A stretch of 64,000 nt of DNA, from IMG/VR virus record IMGVR_UViG_3300000235_000002; one strand, written 5' to 3'. A model generated the notes under the pieces. It was not told the origin of the DNA and searched no databases. It was given only the letters and a program-made list of their open reading frames with translations. The DNA is from a virus. How positions within the stretch are numbered: the first letter of the stretch is position 1; every line of letters starts with the position of its first letter. Shown here in pieces: positions 46,583 through 58,295 of the stretch. The translations under genes and the position numbers were made by a program.

Positions 46583-46628
46583 AAAAAAAGCTGCTAATTC
46601 CGATGGTTCAGAATTAGCAGCTTTTTTT
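46583..46628. terminator. Copy 2: bidirectional terminator
   Basis: Same as 7112-7157. Confidence 0.85.
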
Positions 46629-46795
46629 ACTTACTAAAGTCTCTTCAATTTAACACAATCTAAGTCATTGTGCAAAAAGAATATTTTTATTTTGAAGCAA
46701 TTGTCACGCAAAGAAACGGACTAGCTTTCAATGATTCTAATGATCTTTTTTTCATGATTGACTCCTGTTGTTTCATATTGACATTTAAATTCTTA

Positions 46796-47587
46796 TCACA
46801 TTTTGGCTGAAATGCCAACAAGCAAACCTTTTTGTGAACCAAACGTCTTGTTGTGAGAAATGTATGGCTTCCCAAAAAGTGATACATCTTTTGTCAAATC
46901 GTAAGCCACTTTAAATGATGCTGATTTTGTATCCAATTTAAAAGATGCGTTCTTCGTGTTGCGGCTGTGTTCGTAATGAATCATCGGTGTCACGGAAAGA
47001 GGAGAACCGGAGGAAAGTTTCATAGCCGTACCTAAATCAAACCCTACTAACACATTGTCAAGCGGGTTTTTGCTAACAAAAGCATTGGCTAATACAGAAA
47101 AGCATGGATTCACTTTAAAGGCGTTATCCGAAAAAAGAGTCATAGAAAAGCCACCAAGGTCTATTTCTTCTTTTCCTGATACGTAACCTTTAGAGTTGAT
47201 TATTCCTGCCCTAATACCTGTTACTGTTGACCAAACCTGACCGGCGTATTTTCCAAATACACCCACTTCTTGTTTATTAAAAGAAAAACGCTTGTCTCCA
47301 GATCTTTGGCTTTGAATTTTTTTTTCAAGATTCATTTTGTGAGAAAGTGAGAACCCAAAAGCATCGTGACCGATATATTCCAAATATACTTTTGGCATGT
47401 GATTCGTTTTGGTTTTTATACCGGATTGAGTGGGGTATTTGTTTTGTGACATCTCGTTAGATATTGTTGCTACAAAGTTTCTGTGGTCATTTTTAGCTTC
47501 AATACCTTTGTTGATTTCTGCGTGATTATCAACAGTGGCAAAAGCAGTACAGGCCATCAAGGCTAAAAGTGTTGCTGTTTTAATCAA
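46796..47587 (-). CDS. Copy 2: probable outer-membrane protein
   Basis: Same as 7325-8116. Confidence 0.6.
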   Translation of the reverse strand: MIKTATLLALMACTAFATVDNHAEINKGIEAKNDHRNFVATISNEMSQNKYPTQSGIKTKTNHMPKVYLEYIGHDAFGFSLSHKMNLEKKIQSQRSGDKRFSFNKQEVGVFGKYAGQVWSTVTGIRAGIINSKGYVSGKEEIDLGGFSMTLFSDNAFKVNPCFSVLANAFVSKNPLDNVLVGFDLGTAMKLSSGSPLSVTPMIHYEHSRNTKNASFKLDTKSASFKVAYDLTKDVSLFGKPYISHNKTFGSQKGLLVGISAKM

Positions 47588-47742
47588 TTTAATTTCTCCG
47601 TGTTGGATTGATGAAAAACCTATCTTATAAAATTATTCGAGAATTGTCTGTAACACTTAAGTCACAGTGAGAAAGTTTCTCTATCGTGTTACCTATATCA
47701 ATATAAAAATATTTTTTTGATTGGATGGATGCCCCACCCCCC

Positions 47743-48297
47743 CTAGCCCCCCCTTTTCAAAACTCTGTGGATGGTCATGTGAGAAACAGCATATTTATTA
47801 GCTAGTTGCGGTAATGAAAAATGTTCTTCTTCCCGTAACCGCTTTATGTCATTCTCCTGATCCGATGTCAGAATAGCCTTACGTCCAAAAGATACGCCTT
47901 TCTCAAGAGCCTTCTTGATGCCTTCCATCTGCCTTGACCTCCTTATATCATTCTCAAACTCTGCAAACGATCCAATGATATTGAACATCAAGCGACCCTC
48001 TGAGGTGGTTGTATCTATTGACTGATCAAGGACTTTAAGCTGCGCCTGTTTCTTCTGGATTCTTTTGGAGATGATCAATAAATCTTGCATGGAACGAGCG
48101 AGTCTATCTAATTTGGTGACCACAAGAACATCTCCTTCCCGTAGTGTTCGTAAAGCTGTTTCTAATTCATTCCTTTTTTGAGAAAGCGCGGAGATTTTTT
48201 CTTCGAAGATTTCATCACAACTTTCCTGTTGAAGTTTTTCTTTCTGGACTTCCAAGGATTGTCCGTAACTACTAACACGTGCATAACCTATTTTCAT
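47743..48297 (-). CDS. Copy 2: serine resolvase
   Basis: Same as 8272-8826. Confidence 0.95.
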   Translation of the reverse strand: MKIGYARVSSYGQSLEVQKEKLQQESCDEIFEEKISALSQKRNELETALRTLREGDVLVVTKLDRLARSMQDLLIISKRIQKKQAQLKVLDQSIDTTTSEGRLMFNIIGSFAEFENDIRRSRQMEGIKKALEKGVSFGRKAILTSDQENDIKRLREEEHFSLPQLANKYAVSHMTIHRVLKRGG

Positions 48298-48396
48298 TTT
48301 CTACTCCATAACAAAATATATAGACTTTATGATAAAGCTATTATGTTATGGTTTTTGTTATGCGTCAAGAGGGTTTATCAAAATTTATACTTTTTG

Positions 48397-48771
48397 TTAT
48401 GATTCATCATCTGTCACGTTGATCACGGCTGGTGTTCTGTTCTTAGCACGCATCAACAGCTGCCAAAGATCTGAATGCTCATCTTGGGACATGTTATTTA
48501 GCAGCGGTGCCATGTGAACGTTTAGATTGTTTTGTGTGGTGTTCTTTTCAACGGGTGCGTAAGTACCGGCTTTAGGATAGAACATTTCCATCGCAAGCTT
48601 AATTGCCCATGGTAGTTCTTCTTTGAGAGCTTTGTTCAGTAGCAGCTTGGCTACACTTTCAATGCTTTTCTCGTTCTTCTTGCAAAACTCTTGCACCATT
48701 TCAGATCGAGAATCAATTCTCTTTCTCGGCCTACCGGCGGGATTAGCATTATTACCAGGTTTGAATACCAT
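48397..48771 (-). CDS. terS: Copy 2: probable terminase small subunit
   Basis: Same as 8926-9300. Confidence 0.65.
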   Translation of the reverse strand: MVFKPGNNANPAGRPRKRIDSRSEMVQEFCKKNEKSIESVAKLLLNKALKEELPWAIKLAMEMFYPKAGTYAPVEKNTTQNNLNVHMAPLLNNMSQDEHSDLWQLLMRAKNRTPAVINVTDDES

Positions 48772-49108
48772 TGGCACATCTCTTTTATTAAAAATCAATC
48801 CATCGTGAGCGTTTTCTATCCTTCATCACTATTCCAAACAAGAATCTCTAGCATTTCTCATCCCTGCACTCACCAACTTCGATGAGTACGTTCAAACGCT
48901 TACCGCCGAACACATCTTTAGCAAATCCGCCATTTCTACGCATCATCAACACTACATTTCCAGAGAACGCAACATCATGACAACGAGATTGACAACGAAC
49001 AAGCAACTAACAAATTCAATAGTTTCCAAGAAAGAACACTCACGATCGTTTCTCGATTAATCATAGCACATTTCATGCTTTCAAAGAAGGACAATGAGAC
49101 TCAAAAAG

Positions 49109-49451
49109 TTATCCACAGGAAAACCAATATCTTTCGTTTTTCGACGAAACAAAAACGTAACATTGACGAACAATAAACGAATAATAATACATACTAATAT
49201 ATATATAAGTATATAATATATATATATTTTTTTTATTAAATAGATTATCTTTCGTCAATTTTGTTACAAATATTTCTCAATGAAAAATTCACTCTTGAGA
49301 TATATTTTGACGAACAATAATTTTTGACAGCATTAAGTTATTGATTTAATTGTATTTTACTGGGAATATCTTTCGTTTATTGTTCGTAAATGTTTCGTTT
49401 ATTTTTCGTTTGAAAAACGAAAGATAATTTAGAATTTAATAAAACGAAAGA
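49109..49451. promoter_or_regulatory. Copy 2: origin-like AT-rich repeat region
   Basis: Same as 9638-9980. Confidence 0.5.
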
Positions 49452-49856
49452 AAAGAGATTTTGGGTAAGGCATCGTCGGTTGCACACCGAGATACCTGTA
49501 ACCAGCATACACATATTTTGCTTTGGAAATCAAGTACGTATGCAAAGTTTTTTGTTGGGAGAAAATTAACTAAAACACGAGTTACGCACTTTTATTTGAT
49601 CAGAACGGATTACATTAGTACCAATATGGAAAATTCTGCCCGTGATCATATTAAAGTGATCATCAAAGCACGTTGGAAAATCAAAGTCTATCAGCGGGAA
49701 TTGAAATAGAAAAAAGTTAATATTGACATCTAGTCCTTTTCTCTAGGAAACCCGCCTATTTTATGAATTGGTTAATAAAACTCATATTTTCTCCTTATCA
49801 ATCATGGAATTATCCATTGAGGTAAGTACCTATATAATTCTAGATAGAAAAACATT

Positions 49857-51209
49857 ATGGGCATCTTGTCTTCTTTAAATAGAGAACAGAAAGAGGCTGT
49901 TGGTCTCTTGCAGATCGGTACTTTTTTAGAGTATTTTGACCTCATGCTATATGTCCACATGGCTGTGTTACTCAATGAGCTTTTCTTCCCTAAAACCGAT
50001 CCTCATACCGCCGCACTTCTTACCGCTTTTGCTTTTTGTTCAACATTTGTTTTTAGGCCTTTTGGCGCCCTAATTTTTGGATATATTGGAGATCAAATCG
50101 GGAGAAAAACTACGGTTATCATCACCACCATCATGATGTCTATTTCATGTGTCATTATGGCAAATTTGCCAACATATGCTCAGATAGGAATATCTTCCGC
50201 TTGGATTGTCACAATATGTCGTGTGGCACAGGGGCTTTCTTCGATGGGGGAAGTTGTAGGGGCACAGATTTACGTAACAGAAATAACAAAGCCGCCGTGT
50301 CAATATCCAGCGGTTTCTTTTATTAGCATTGCATCGGCTATAGGTTCTATTATGGCGCTTGGAGTGGCTTCATTAGTGACTCATTTTGAGTTTAACTGGC
50401 GAATCGCTTTTTGGATTGGAGCAGGGATTGCAGTTGTAGGCTCAATGGCGCGGATGAAACTTCGTGAAACACCAGAATTTGTAGATATGAAAAGGAAAAA
50501 ACAAAAAGAGATAGAACAATATGAATCCAACGAAAAAGTCAAACTTTCAAAGTTTCAACGTCTCAAAAAACAAGTTCAACAAGAAAAAATAAGCAAAAAA
50601 AATCTAGCTGCTTATTTTTTTATTAATTGTGGGTGGCCTTTATCTTTTTATCTTACTTATATGTACTTTAATCCATTACTGAAAGAAAACTATTATTATT
50701 CTGCAGAAGATATTATCTTCCACAATTTTTTAGTATCCATTAGCGTTTTTATGTTTGATGTACTTTGGACATTTCTGAGCTATAAAGTTCACCCCCTAAA
50801 AATACTAAAAGGAAGAGGTATGATACTTCTTATCTTTTTTTGTTTATTCCCTTTCTTAATTGTAAACACTACCCACCATTTTCAGATTTTTGGGTTGCAA
50901 GCTTTTCTCTTAATCCTTTCTTTGGCTCAAATGCCTGCTGCTTCTGTTTTTATAAAATATTTTCCTGTTTTTAAGAGGTTTACAGCAACAAGTTTTACAT
51001 ATGCGGTTACGCGGGCTCTGATGTATATCCTCACTTCTTTTGGGCTTGTATATCTCACAGAAGCATTTGGACACTATGGTCTTTGGTTAATTATGTTGCC
51101 TGTAACAATATTATTTTTATGGGGTGTAAATCATTTCATCAAGCTAGAAAAAGAAGCTGGTAATTTTCCTGAATCTTCTTCCTCAAAGAAAGTCTTATTA
51201 ACGGGATAA
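49857..51209 (+). CDS. Copy 2: MFS transporter
   Basis: Same as 10386-11738. Confidence 0.93.
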   Translation: MGILSSLNREQKEAVGLLQIGTFLEYFDLMLYVHMAVLLNELFFPKTDPHTAALLTAFAFCSTFVFRPFGALIFGYIGDQIGRKTTVIITTIMMSISCVIMANLPTYAQIGISSAWIVTICRVAQGLSSMGEVVGAQIYVTEITKPPCQYPAVSFISIASAIGSIMALGVASLVTHFEFNWRIAFWIGAGIAVVGSMARMKLRETPEFVDMKRKKQKEIEQYESNEKVKLSKFQRLKKQVQQEKISKKNLAAYFFINCGWPLSFYLTYMYFNPLLKENYYYSAEDIIFHNFLVSISVFMFDVLWTFLSYKVHPLKILKGRGMILLIFFCLFPFLIVNTTHHFQIFGLQAFLLILSLAQMPAASVFIKYFPVFKRFTATSFTYAVTRALMYILTSFGLVYLTEAFGHYGLWLIMLPVTILFLWGVNHFIKLEKEAGNFPESSSSKKVLLTG

Positions 51210-51267
51210 GTTGTTAAAAAATTATGCTTATTTTTTCCTAATTTTTTAAAAAGCCGTCGGCTAGGCA

Positions 51268-51405
51268 ATGGGAATTGTAGTTGTGGGTTCAGTAGCCAGA
51301 ACGCGGCTTAGAGAAACGGCTGAGTTTTTAAATGGTAAAAAAGAAGGAGAGAAAAAATTATTTTTTGATGGAGATTTTCATGTCGATTTTTCAAAAACCA
51401 AGTAA
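51268..51405 (+). pseudogene. Copy 2: MFS relic fragment
   Basis: Same as 11797-11934. Confidence 0.65.
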
Positions 51406-52015
51406 TTTAGTTTTTTTTCTTGATGCCTTCATCGCATATGCCAACTTTTTTTACGGGAAAGAGATGGCGAAAAAAATATACGTTTACTACATGGACAATT
51501 CAGAGGTAGTTTCTACAAACATCAAGCACAATAGTATTGGATCTGGTGAATTTTTCATTGAAACTCGCAATATCATTCAAATGATTGAATGCAACATTTT
51601 GAAAGAAAAAGAAAGTATATACTTCATGGAATATCCGTATATTAACTCACCAGAAACCTGTGTCCAATACAATGACTTTCTCAAAATTAAACACATATTT
51701 TATTCTTCGAGAGGTGAGCCTATTTTTGATGGCGCGCATCCAACACGACTATTTTTTTCTAAATCTGTTTTGAATTATTTGACAAAAGAAGAGGATTTTT
51801 CGTTAAGACTAAATGATTTCGTGAGAAGAAAAATGGAATTGAAAAGATTATTGTACGACAATGAAGCAGAAATCATTGATCAATACAAAAAACCATTCAT
51901 AGAATTGAGTAGAAATCAATTTCGTGAGTGCATTTCCGTTTTTTTGAAACGGCCAGATAGTCAAAATCTAATCGACAACTTGTGGCAAGATGTAAGAATA
52001 GACAGTTTTGACTAA
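51380..52015 (+). CDS. Copy 2: hypothetical protein
   Basis: Same as 11909-12544. Confidence 0.6.
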   Translation: MSIFQKPSNLVFFLDAFIAYANFFYGKEMAKKIYVYYMDNSEVVSTNIKHNSIGSGEFFIETRNIIQMIECNILKEKESIYFMEYPYINSPETCVQYNDFLKIKHIFYSSRGEPIFDGAHPTRLFFSKSVLNYLTKEEDFSLRLNDFVRRKMELKRLLYDNEAEIIDQYKKPFIELSRNQFRECISVFLKRPDSQNLIDNLWQDVRIDSFD

Positions 52016-52304
52016 TTAATTTTAATTTTTTTAAAAAAAATATTGTTTTTAGGTTTTTTCAAAATGGCTGGAAACCGTAAAACAGCCAAAAAATCGGAAA
52101 CCGGTAACCGCTTCAAAAACACAAATTAAGTTATTGCCTTTAAACGATTTTTTAAATTATTTATATTTTTTATTTGCTATTTTTTCCGATCGGTTGCCGG
52201 AAAATGCCTAAAAATCCGGAAACCGGCTCAAATCCACACAAATCATTTTTTTTATGCTTTACTAGTTTCCACTATTTGAGGTTTTCGCCTCAAGAACGCA
52301 AAAA

Positions 52305-52511
52305 GTGGAACACGTAATGTTTAAAAAATTCATTGATGAACTCATCGTGCTGGATGAGTGTTCAGGTAAAGACATTGAGTATCTCAAGGCTCTAAAAAAA
52401 GAAGATTTTAAAAGTATTTTGACGCGCATTGATATTGCTCACGCATGGATGCATGGCATTAGCTATTTAAGAAATGATTTGCCTTGTCGTAAATGCGGAG
52501 AGTGTCAATGA
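52305..52511 (+). CDS. Copy 2: small hypothetical protein
   Basis: Same as 12834-13040. Confidence 0.5.
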   Translation: MEHVMFKKFIDELIVLDECSGKDIEYLKALKKEDFKSILTRIDIAHAWMHGISYLRNDLPCRKCGECQ

Positions 52512-54856
52512 CCTTTTCCACGTTGCAAATATCGTTTTTCCAAAGCCTTGAAAACGTTCATCCTCAATTGAAAGAAATGTCTTGGCAATCGGTGTGTGAC
52601 TACTTCACGCCGCAATTTCCACCCGTGCTTAGTCAAGAAGAAAGAAGATCAAGAGGACGACCTTTTTCTTTCAATATTTACAAACCCGACACGACACGTA
52701 AGAAAGAGAACGTATCGTTGATGACGGGGCTTGTTCTCGACTTCGACAACAAAGACGAGTTCGTGCCGGTTGCCGATGTCTTAAAGATTTTAGATCGTCA
52801 CGGACTGATTCATGTTTGGTATTCCACTTGGTCAGATACGCCTGCAGTACCTCGTTGGCGACTGATCATTCCATTCTTGACACCGATTCCCGTTTCTGAA
52901 TGGAAATCCCTTTATGATAAAATGATCATTCTTCTTGGTAATCCACCCGGGATAGATCATCAAGCCGGTATGGATGTATCTCGTGTTTGGGCATCACCGT
53001 GCGTGAGAGTCTGTGGAACACTCAAGGCTCAAGCGTGTCGTACGGGATCGTTTTTAGATGCCGAGCGTGTTGATCAACTGCTGACATCTGACCAGAAAGA
53101 ACAATATGATCGCCGACAGACTAAGAAGTCCGCTGAAACACATGACTTCCGTTCGTTCAACGATTTTCCTGACGTTCAATACGGTGATATCACCGATATG
53201 CTGCAGTTCATTAGTCCTGATTGTGACTACAATACATGGATTCGTATCGGTATGGCCTTGCATCGCCATTTTGGAGGCACGACAACTGCTTTTGATATGT
53301 GGTCTAACTGGTCGCGTTGGTCAAAAAAATTCGAAGGTGAAAATAATCTTCTTTCACATTGGAGCAGCTTCTCGATGAAAGGTAATGCCATTGGTATCGG
53401 CACGCTCATCCACTACGCGAGAGAGAACGGCTATGATAGGTTTCCGAAAACCTATATCGCTCAAAAACCGTCTTTTGTGGAACAGAGAATCGACTTAAGG
53501 AAGTACGATGCTCCGGAGGAAGTTTTTCCAACTACCCCGGCTTTCAACATGCCGCCACAAGATGAAGCAATAGAGGTTGTGGCGGCAAGTGAAGAGATTG
53601 GAAATCCGGAACTGTTTGACTTTTCGGAGTTCGTTAAGAAAGACATTCTTGACTTTCCAACCATTTTTTTGAAAGAGACTTACGGATTTTTGTTAAACTC
53701 TTCGAGTTATATAAATCCATTGTATGCTCTTTCATCAACGATCGTACTCGGTGGATTTCTTTTACGCAAGTTGATTTCAAAAAAAGGGAGAGAAGAAAGT
53801 CACACGAATTTCATGACGTTAGCGATCGGACAAAGCGGCACGGGAAAAACGCAGATACTCAAAGGCGTTCAAAAAATACTCACTGAGCTTGATCAAGAAA
53901 AACACTACACTCACTCGCTTGGAACTATCCAAGGTGCCTTGGAGGTTATTAAACAGCAAAAGGGCAGCATGTTTTTAATCCAGGATGAAGCGTCTTACGT
54001 TTTCAAGGCAATGAAGAACAGAAACATCAGCGTTCACGAAATGTTCATTGAGAAATTCAAGCTTGAAATGTTTAGCATGCCTGACTTTTACACGCCGCCT
54101 GCTACCAAAAGTACTGATATGACTCCGATCAAAAATCCGTTCTTCTGTGAAATTTCATTTTCGACACCCGACATCCTGAAATATCTGTCACCAGAAGACT
54201 ATGGAAAAGGCTTGCTACCGAGATATCTCGTCTTTCATGACACCGGCACAAATCGAATTCCAAATCCTACTCGCAATCTGATTGTTTCTGAAGATCTGAA
54301 GCTGCTTTTGAGAGAATACAGTACGATATCATTTCAATTTTCACCGGGGGTCGTGTTCGACACTGAGGCTGACGCGGCATTGACCAAATTCAAAGAAAAG
54401 ATTGATGAAACACGTAGCCTGATTCTTGAGCGTGAAGATCATCACTACTTAATGATGGATGCAACGCTTGGAAGAGTCCTTGAGCATGCAGCAAAATTAT
54501 CGCTGTTAGGTGCCGAAAGAAGAAGCGGTAGTTACGTGATCACACAAGAGGCCGTTGAATGGGGAATTGCCGTTTCGGTTCATTCATTCAATACACTAAT
54601 CGCCATGATCGAAAACGGCATCTATGAAAATTACGTCGAAGAAATGCGCGCACGTGTTCTTGGCATTGTTGAAAAAGCATCAAACGGCGAATGGATAACA
54701 AAATCTAGGATTAGCAAAAGCATTAAATTTCTCACATCTAAACAGATCAACGATCATCTTTTTAAATTGAACGAAGAAGAAGTGATTCAGATTCAGTCCA
54801 CAGGAAATCGTATTAAAATTAAATCGAACAAAAGAAAGGCAAAGAAAAAAGCATGA
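52508..54856 (+). CDS. Copy 2: primase-helicase
   Basis: Same as 13037-15385. Confidence 0.85.
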   Translation: MTFSTLQISFFQSLENVHPQLKEMSWQSVCDYFTPQFPPVLSQEERRSRGRPFSFNIYKPDTTRKKENVSLMTGLVLDFDNKDEFVPVADVLKILDRHGLIHVWYSTWSDTPAVPRWRLIIPFLTPIPVSEWKSLYDKMIILLGNPPGIDHQAGMDVSRVWASPCVRVCGTLKAQACRTGSFLDAERVDQLLTSDQKEQYDRRQTKKSAETHDFRSFNDFPDVQYGDITDMLQFISPDCDYNTWIRIGMALHRHFGGTTTAFDMWSNWSRWSKKFEGENNLLSHWSSFSMKGNAIGIGTLIHYARENGYDRFPKTYIAQKPSFVEQRIDLRKYDAPEEVFPTTPAFNMPPQDEAIEVVAASEEIGNPELFDFSEFVKKDILDFPTIFLKETYGFLLNSSSYINPLYALSSTIVLGGFLLRKLISKKGREESHTNFMTLAIGQSGTGKTQILKGVQKILTELDQEKHYTHSLGTIQGALEVIKQQKGSMFLIQDEASYVFKAMKNRNISVHEMFIEKFKLEMFSMPDFYTPPATKSTDMTPIKNPFFCEISFSTPDILKYLSPEDYGKGLLPRYLVFHDTGTNRIPNPTRNLIVSEDLKLLLREYSTISFQFSPGVVFDTEADAALTKFKEKIDETRSLILEREDHHYLMMDATLGRVLEHAAKLSLLGAERRSGSYVITQEAVEWGIAVSVHSFNTLIAMIENGIYENYVEEMRARVLGIVEKASNGEWITKSRISKSIKFLTSKQINDHLFKLNEEEVIQIQSTGNRIKIKSNKRKAKKKA

Positions 54857-55659
54857 CCGATCTAACTAGTCTTAAAGAGGCTAAATCCGTCTTCCAATAC
54901 ATGCCGCCGATGTTGCTCATCTACGGCAGAAACGGAATCGGAAAATCCTATTTTGCATCGCAGTTCAAGAATCCCGTGTTTTTGGATTTAGACAAAAACA
55001 TCTATGAACTTTCGGTTGATTCCAATCGATCTTTTGGCATTGAACTTGAGACGATCACCGATGTTTTAGACTTTCTCAACCGTCTCATCAATGAAGAGCA
55101 TGAACATGAGACGATCGTAATTGATTCATTGAGTTCACTGGAAAGGCTCATTGAGCGACACATCTTGAAAACCAAAAACGCCAAGTCACTGGCGGAATTT
55201 CAATACGGTCAAGGCTATCAAATGATGATGCCTTTGTGGGAGCAGTTCTTGAGTAAAATGATGATTTTACGTACCCAAAGGAAGCTCACCGTTCTCATGC
55301 TTGGACACTACAAGGAAAAACGAGATCCCAATCTGCTTGGCGATGGATACCAGCAATATCAGATCGATCTCTATGAGAAAGCGACAAAGCTGCTGGTCAA
55401 CAGTTGTTCTGCCGTCCTGTTTGCGGACTACAAGGTGGATGTCATCCATTACAAAGAAAAGTTCGGACAGGAAGTAGCCAAGGTGAGAGGTTCTGAACGC
55501 CGACTTTTCACCGATGAAGGCGTTCGGTTCATGGCGAAGAATACCTATGGCATGCCATATGATATTCCGATGTCTTATGACGTTCTTGCAGATTACGTGC
55601 GAGAACATTTTTTAAAACTAAAAGAAACCTTCAATAATCGTTCAACAAAAGGAAATTAA
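54853..55659 (+). CDS. Copy 2: Sak4-like ATPase
   Basis: Same as 15382-16188. Confidence 0.82.
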   Translation: MTDLTSLKEAKSVFQYMPPMLLIYGRNGIGKSYFASQFKNPVFLDLDKNIYELSVDSNRSFGIELETITDVLDFLNRLINEEHEHETIVIDSLSSLERLIERHILKTKNAKSLAEFQYGQGYQMMMPLWEQFLSKMMILRTQRKLTVLMLGHYKEKRDPNLLGDGYQQYQIDLYEKATKLLVNSCSAVLFADYKVDVIHYKEKFGQEVAKVRGSERRLFTDEGVRFMAKNTYGMPYDIPMSYDVLADYVREHFLKLKETFNNRSTKGN

Positions 55660-55662
55660 ACA

Positions 55663-56145
55663 ATGGCAACATTTACTTTTACACAATCTTCATATGATCC
55701 GGATGCAATTCTAGATGAAGGCATGCACCGTGCAACAATTTCAGAATTTAGAAATGTATACGACTTTGACGAAAACAACTCGTTGGTGGAAGTTAAGTGG
55801 AAAATTAACGGTTTTACCATTACTGAAAAGCTCAAGATCAATCATGCAGATGACCGCAAAAAAGGTTTTTTCCAATGGAAGCTTCGCAATATTGTCGCGG
55901 CGTTAGGACTACCTGCGGTGCCTGAAAAAAAACCAGGTGAAGACATCCAATGTGACTTTGATGCCGTTGGAAAGTCTTGCATGGTTGCAGTCGAACACTT
56001 TGTTATGAATAACGGCAACAAAATCGCCACCATTAAAAACTACATCGCCGAAACACCGGAAAAACAATATCAAGGAACAGGGATTCAAGCACCACAAAAA
56101 CCCGCACCGACTCAACCTTTAGTTGATGATGCAATTCCATTTTAA
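55663..56145 (+). CDS. Copy 2: SSB-like protein
   Basis: Same as 16192-16674. Confidence 0.7.
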   Translation: MATFTFTQSSYDPDAILDEGMHRATISEFRNVYDFDENNSLVEVKWKINGFTITEKLKINHADDRKKGFFQWKLRNIVAALGLPAVPEKKPGEDIQCDFDAVGKSCMVAVEHFVMNNGNKIATIKNYIAETPEKQYQGTGIQAPQKPAPTQPLVDDAIPF

Positions 56146-56179
56146 ATTAAAAAATATATAAAAAATAAGGATTAAAATA

Positions 56180-56857
56180 ATGTTTAATTTTAACACGAAG
56201 CTTTTGAAAAAGATAGAAGACGAAAAAAACAATCATATACAAATGTTTCAGGAATTGAAGGAAGAACTTGATGCCATCAAAAAGGATTTTAATATTTTTG
56301 ATGAGAAAATTTCACAATTCAAAGCAACCGACTACGTAAAAAGTCCGGAAATAGTAAATATTATTAGGTCGGAAATATTTGAGGCTGCTAAAAAACTCCC
56401 TAAAATTAGGGATACATCCGTCAGCAAACCTGTTCCCACAGGAAATACTGACGAATACAAAAATCTGCCAACGTTCCTCACTTGTTTTGAATTTGCCAGA
56501 GTCCTAGGGATTAATATTTCTCAATTTTTCAATAGAAAAAAACAAATAGACCAAAAAGTCCGCTGCTACAATTTTGGAAAGAAAACATACAGGTACTACA
56601 AAAAAGATGTTTTAGGCTTCATTAAACACAAAAATACAGAAGACGATATATTTATTTTGCTGAAAAACAGCAAAGATCATCGCATATCAAGAAAAGATTT
56701 GATTAGTCTCCTATCCATTTCTTCGTCGGTATTCTACAGGGAACAAAAACGCATAGAAAAAATCATTTCACCAATCGAGGTGTCAAAAAAGCTAATTTTT
56801 TACAAAAACACAGATGTCATCAACTTTCTTAAAAGAGGGGGCTTGAATGATCATTAA
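56180..56857 (+). CDS. Copy 2: tandem HTH protein
   Basis: Same as 16709-17386. Confidence 0.55.
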   Translation: MFNFNTKLLKKIEDEKNNHIQMFQELKEELDAIKKDFNIFDEKISQFKATDYVKSPEIVNIIRSEIFEAAKKLPKIRDTSVSKPVPTGNTDEYKNLPTFLTCFEFARVLGINISQFFNRKKQIDQKVRCYNFGKKTYRYYKKDVLGFIKHKNTEDDIFILLKNSKDHRISRKDLISLLSISSSVFYREQKRIEKIISPIEVSKKLIFYKNTDVINFLKRGGLNDH

Positions 56858-56958
56858 AAACCCCCGCTGGTGGTTTGAGTGGATATATGACACATATCCA
56901 ACTAAATCACCTCTGATGATCACCAACGTTAGATTCTTCATCATCGAAAGACTGTGAT

Positions 56959-57669
56959 ATGGAAAAAACGTTAAGACTCATACGCGAGTTGGAAAAGCTA
57001 ACAACCGTTACTAATCCACGCGGCTATATAGGCTGCTCTGTCATTGGTCATGAGTGTGATCGCTATATCTGGCTAAACAAGTATGGAAAGCTCACATATG
57101 AGATTCCATTTAGGCTTGGAAGGATTTTTGAACGCGGCAATCTTGAGGAGGAGAGAATTTTCTCTTCCATCAAGAAACTTTCTTGCGTTGAACTGATCTC
57201 AACGCAACTATCTTTCGCGAGCAGTATTTTGCAAGGAAGTTGTGACGGTGTCATCAAAGACAAACAAGGGAATCAATACATTCTGGAACTCAAGACCATT
57301 AATGACGGCAACTTCAAAAGACTCAAGAAACACGGTCTTTCCAAAAGTAACGTAACGTACTGGTCTCAGTGTCAGGCTTACATGCATCTTGCTCACCAAA
57401 CAAACCAGATAGAAAATATCCGTCTATGGTCGCCCGTTCAAGGCTTGATCTTCCTAGTCGTCAACAAGAACGATGAATCAATGTATGAGGAATTCATTGA
57501 ATACGATCCTATTTTTGGTGAAGGACTTGTTGCTAAGGCAAATCGGATTGACGGGCTAGAAGAAATGCCGGACGGAATATTCTCTGTCGAGAAGAAGCCG
57601 CAAGCCTGCTTCACCTGCTCATTCCACAAACATTGCTATGGAGAAACAGATGCTCAAACCAATAAGTAA
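56959..57669 (+). CDS. Copy 2: Cas4-like exonuclease
   Basis: Same as 17488-18198. Confidence 0.82.
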   Translation: MEKTLRLIRELEKLTTVTNPRGYIGCSVIGHECDRYIWLNKYGKLTYEIPFRLGRIFERGNLEEERIFSSIKKLSCVELISTQLSFASSILQGSCDGVIKDKQGNQYILELKTINDGNFKRLKKHGLSKSNVTYWSQCQAYMHLAHQTNQIENIRLWSPVQGLIFLVVNKNDESMYEEFIEYDPIFGEGLVAKANRIDGLEEMPDGIFSVEKKPQACFTCSFHKHCYGETDAQTNK

Positions 57670-57821
57670 AGTTTGGCAAATCGTCCTGGAGAAGTTCCTT
57701 ATAAAATATCCTAAACATTCAAGATCATTAGAGGTGAATCGCGGGTATAAAACAAGAAATCGACTAAGAAGAAATAAACAAAAGAGATGGCAAAAAATCA
57801 AAGAAACGATAGAGAAATACG

Positions 57822-58295
57822 ATGTCTAAAATGAACATACTTGCACTTGATCTCGGCACAAAAACAGGCTGGGCACTTTCAACCAACGGTTTGATTTTGT
57901 TTGGTAGAGAAAACTTCCAAGCAGATAGATTTTCCGGTGGTGGCATGCGATTCTTGAAGTTTCAACGATGGTTAGATAATATCCACACCATTCGTGAAGG
58001 TATCACAGAGATCTGCTTCGAGGAAGTAAGGCGGCACCTTGGTACCGATGCAGCACATGTTTACGGCGGTATGCTTGCAGTGTTAACATCATGGTGTGAA
58101 GATCACAAAATTCCTTATCAAGGAGTGCCGGTTAAAACAATAAAAAAACACATGACCGACAATGGTGGTGCATCCAAGAAAGAAGTGATTGCTGCGGTCA
58201 GAGAAAAGGGACATGAGACAAAAGACGATAATGAAGCAGATGCAATCGCTTTGCTGTACTGGAGACTCAATAGTGAAAGCGAGTCTTTCCAATGA
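57822..58295 (+). CDS. Copy 2: RuvC-like resolvase
   Basis: Same as 18351-18824. Confidence 0.85.
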   Translation: MSKMNILALDLGTKTGWALSTNGLILFGRENFQADRFSGGGMRFLKFQRWLDNIHTIREGITEICFEEVRRHLGTDAAHVYGGMLAVLTSWCEDHKIPYQGVPVKTIKKHMTDNGGASKKEVIAAVREKGHETKDDNEADAIALLYWRLNSESESFQ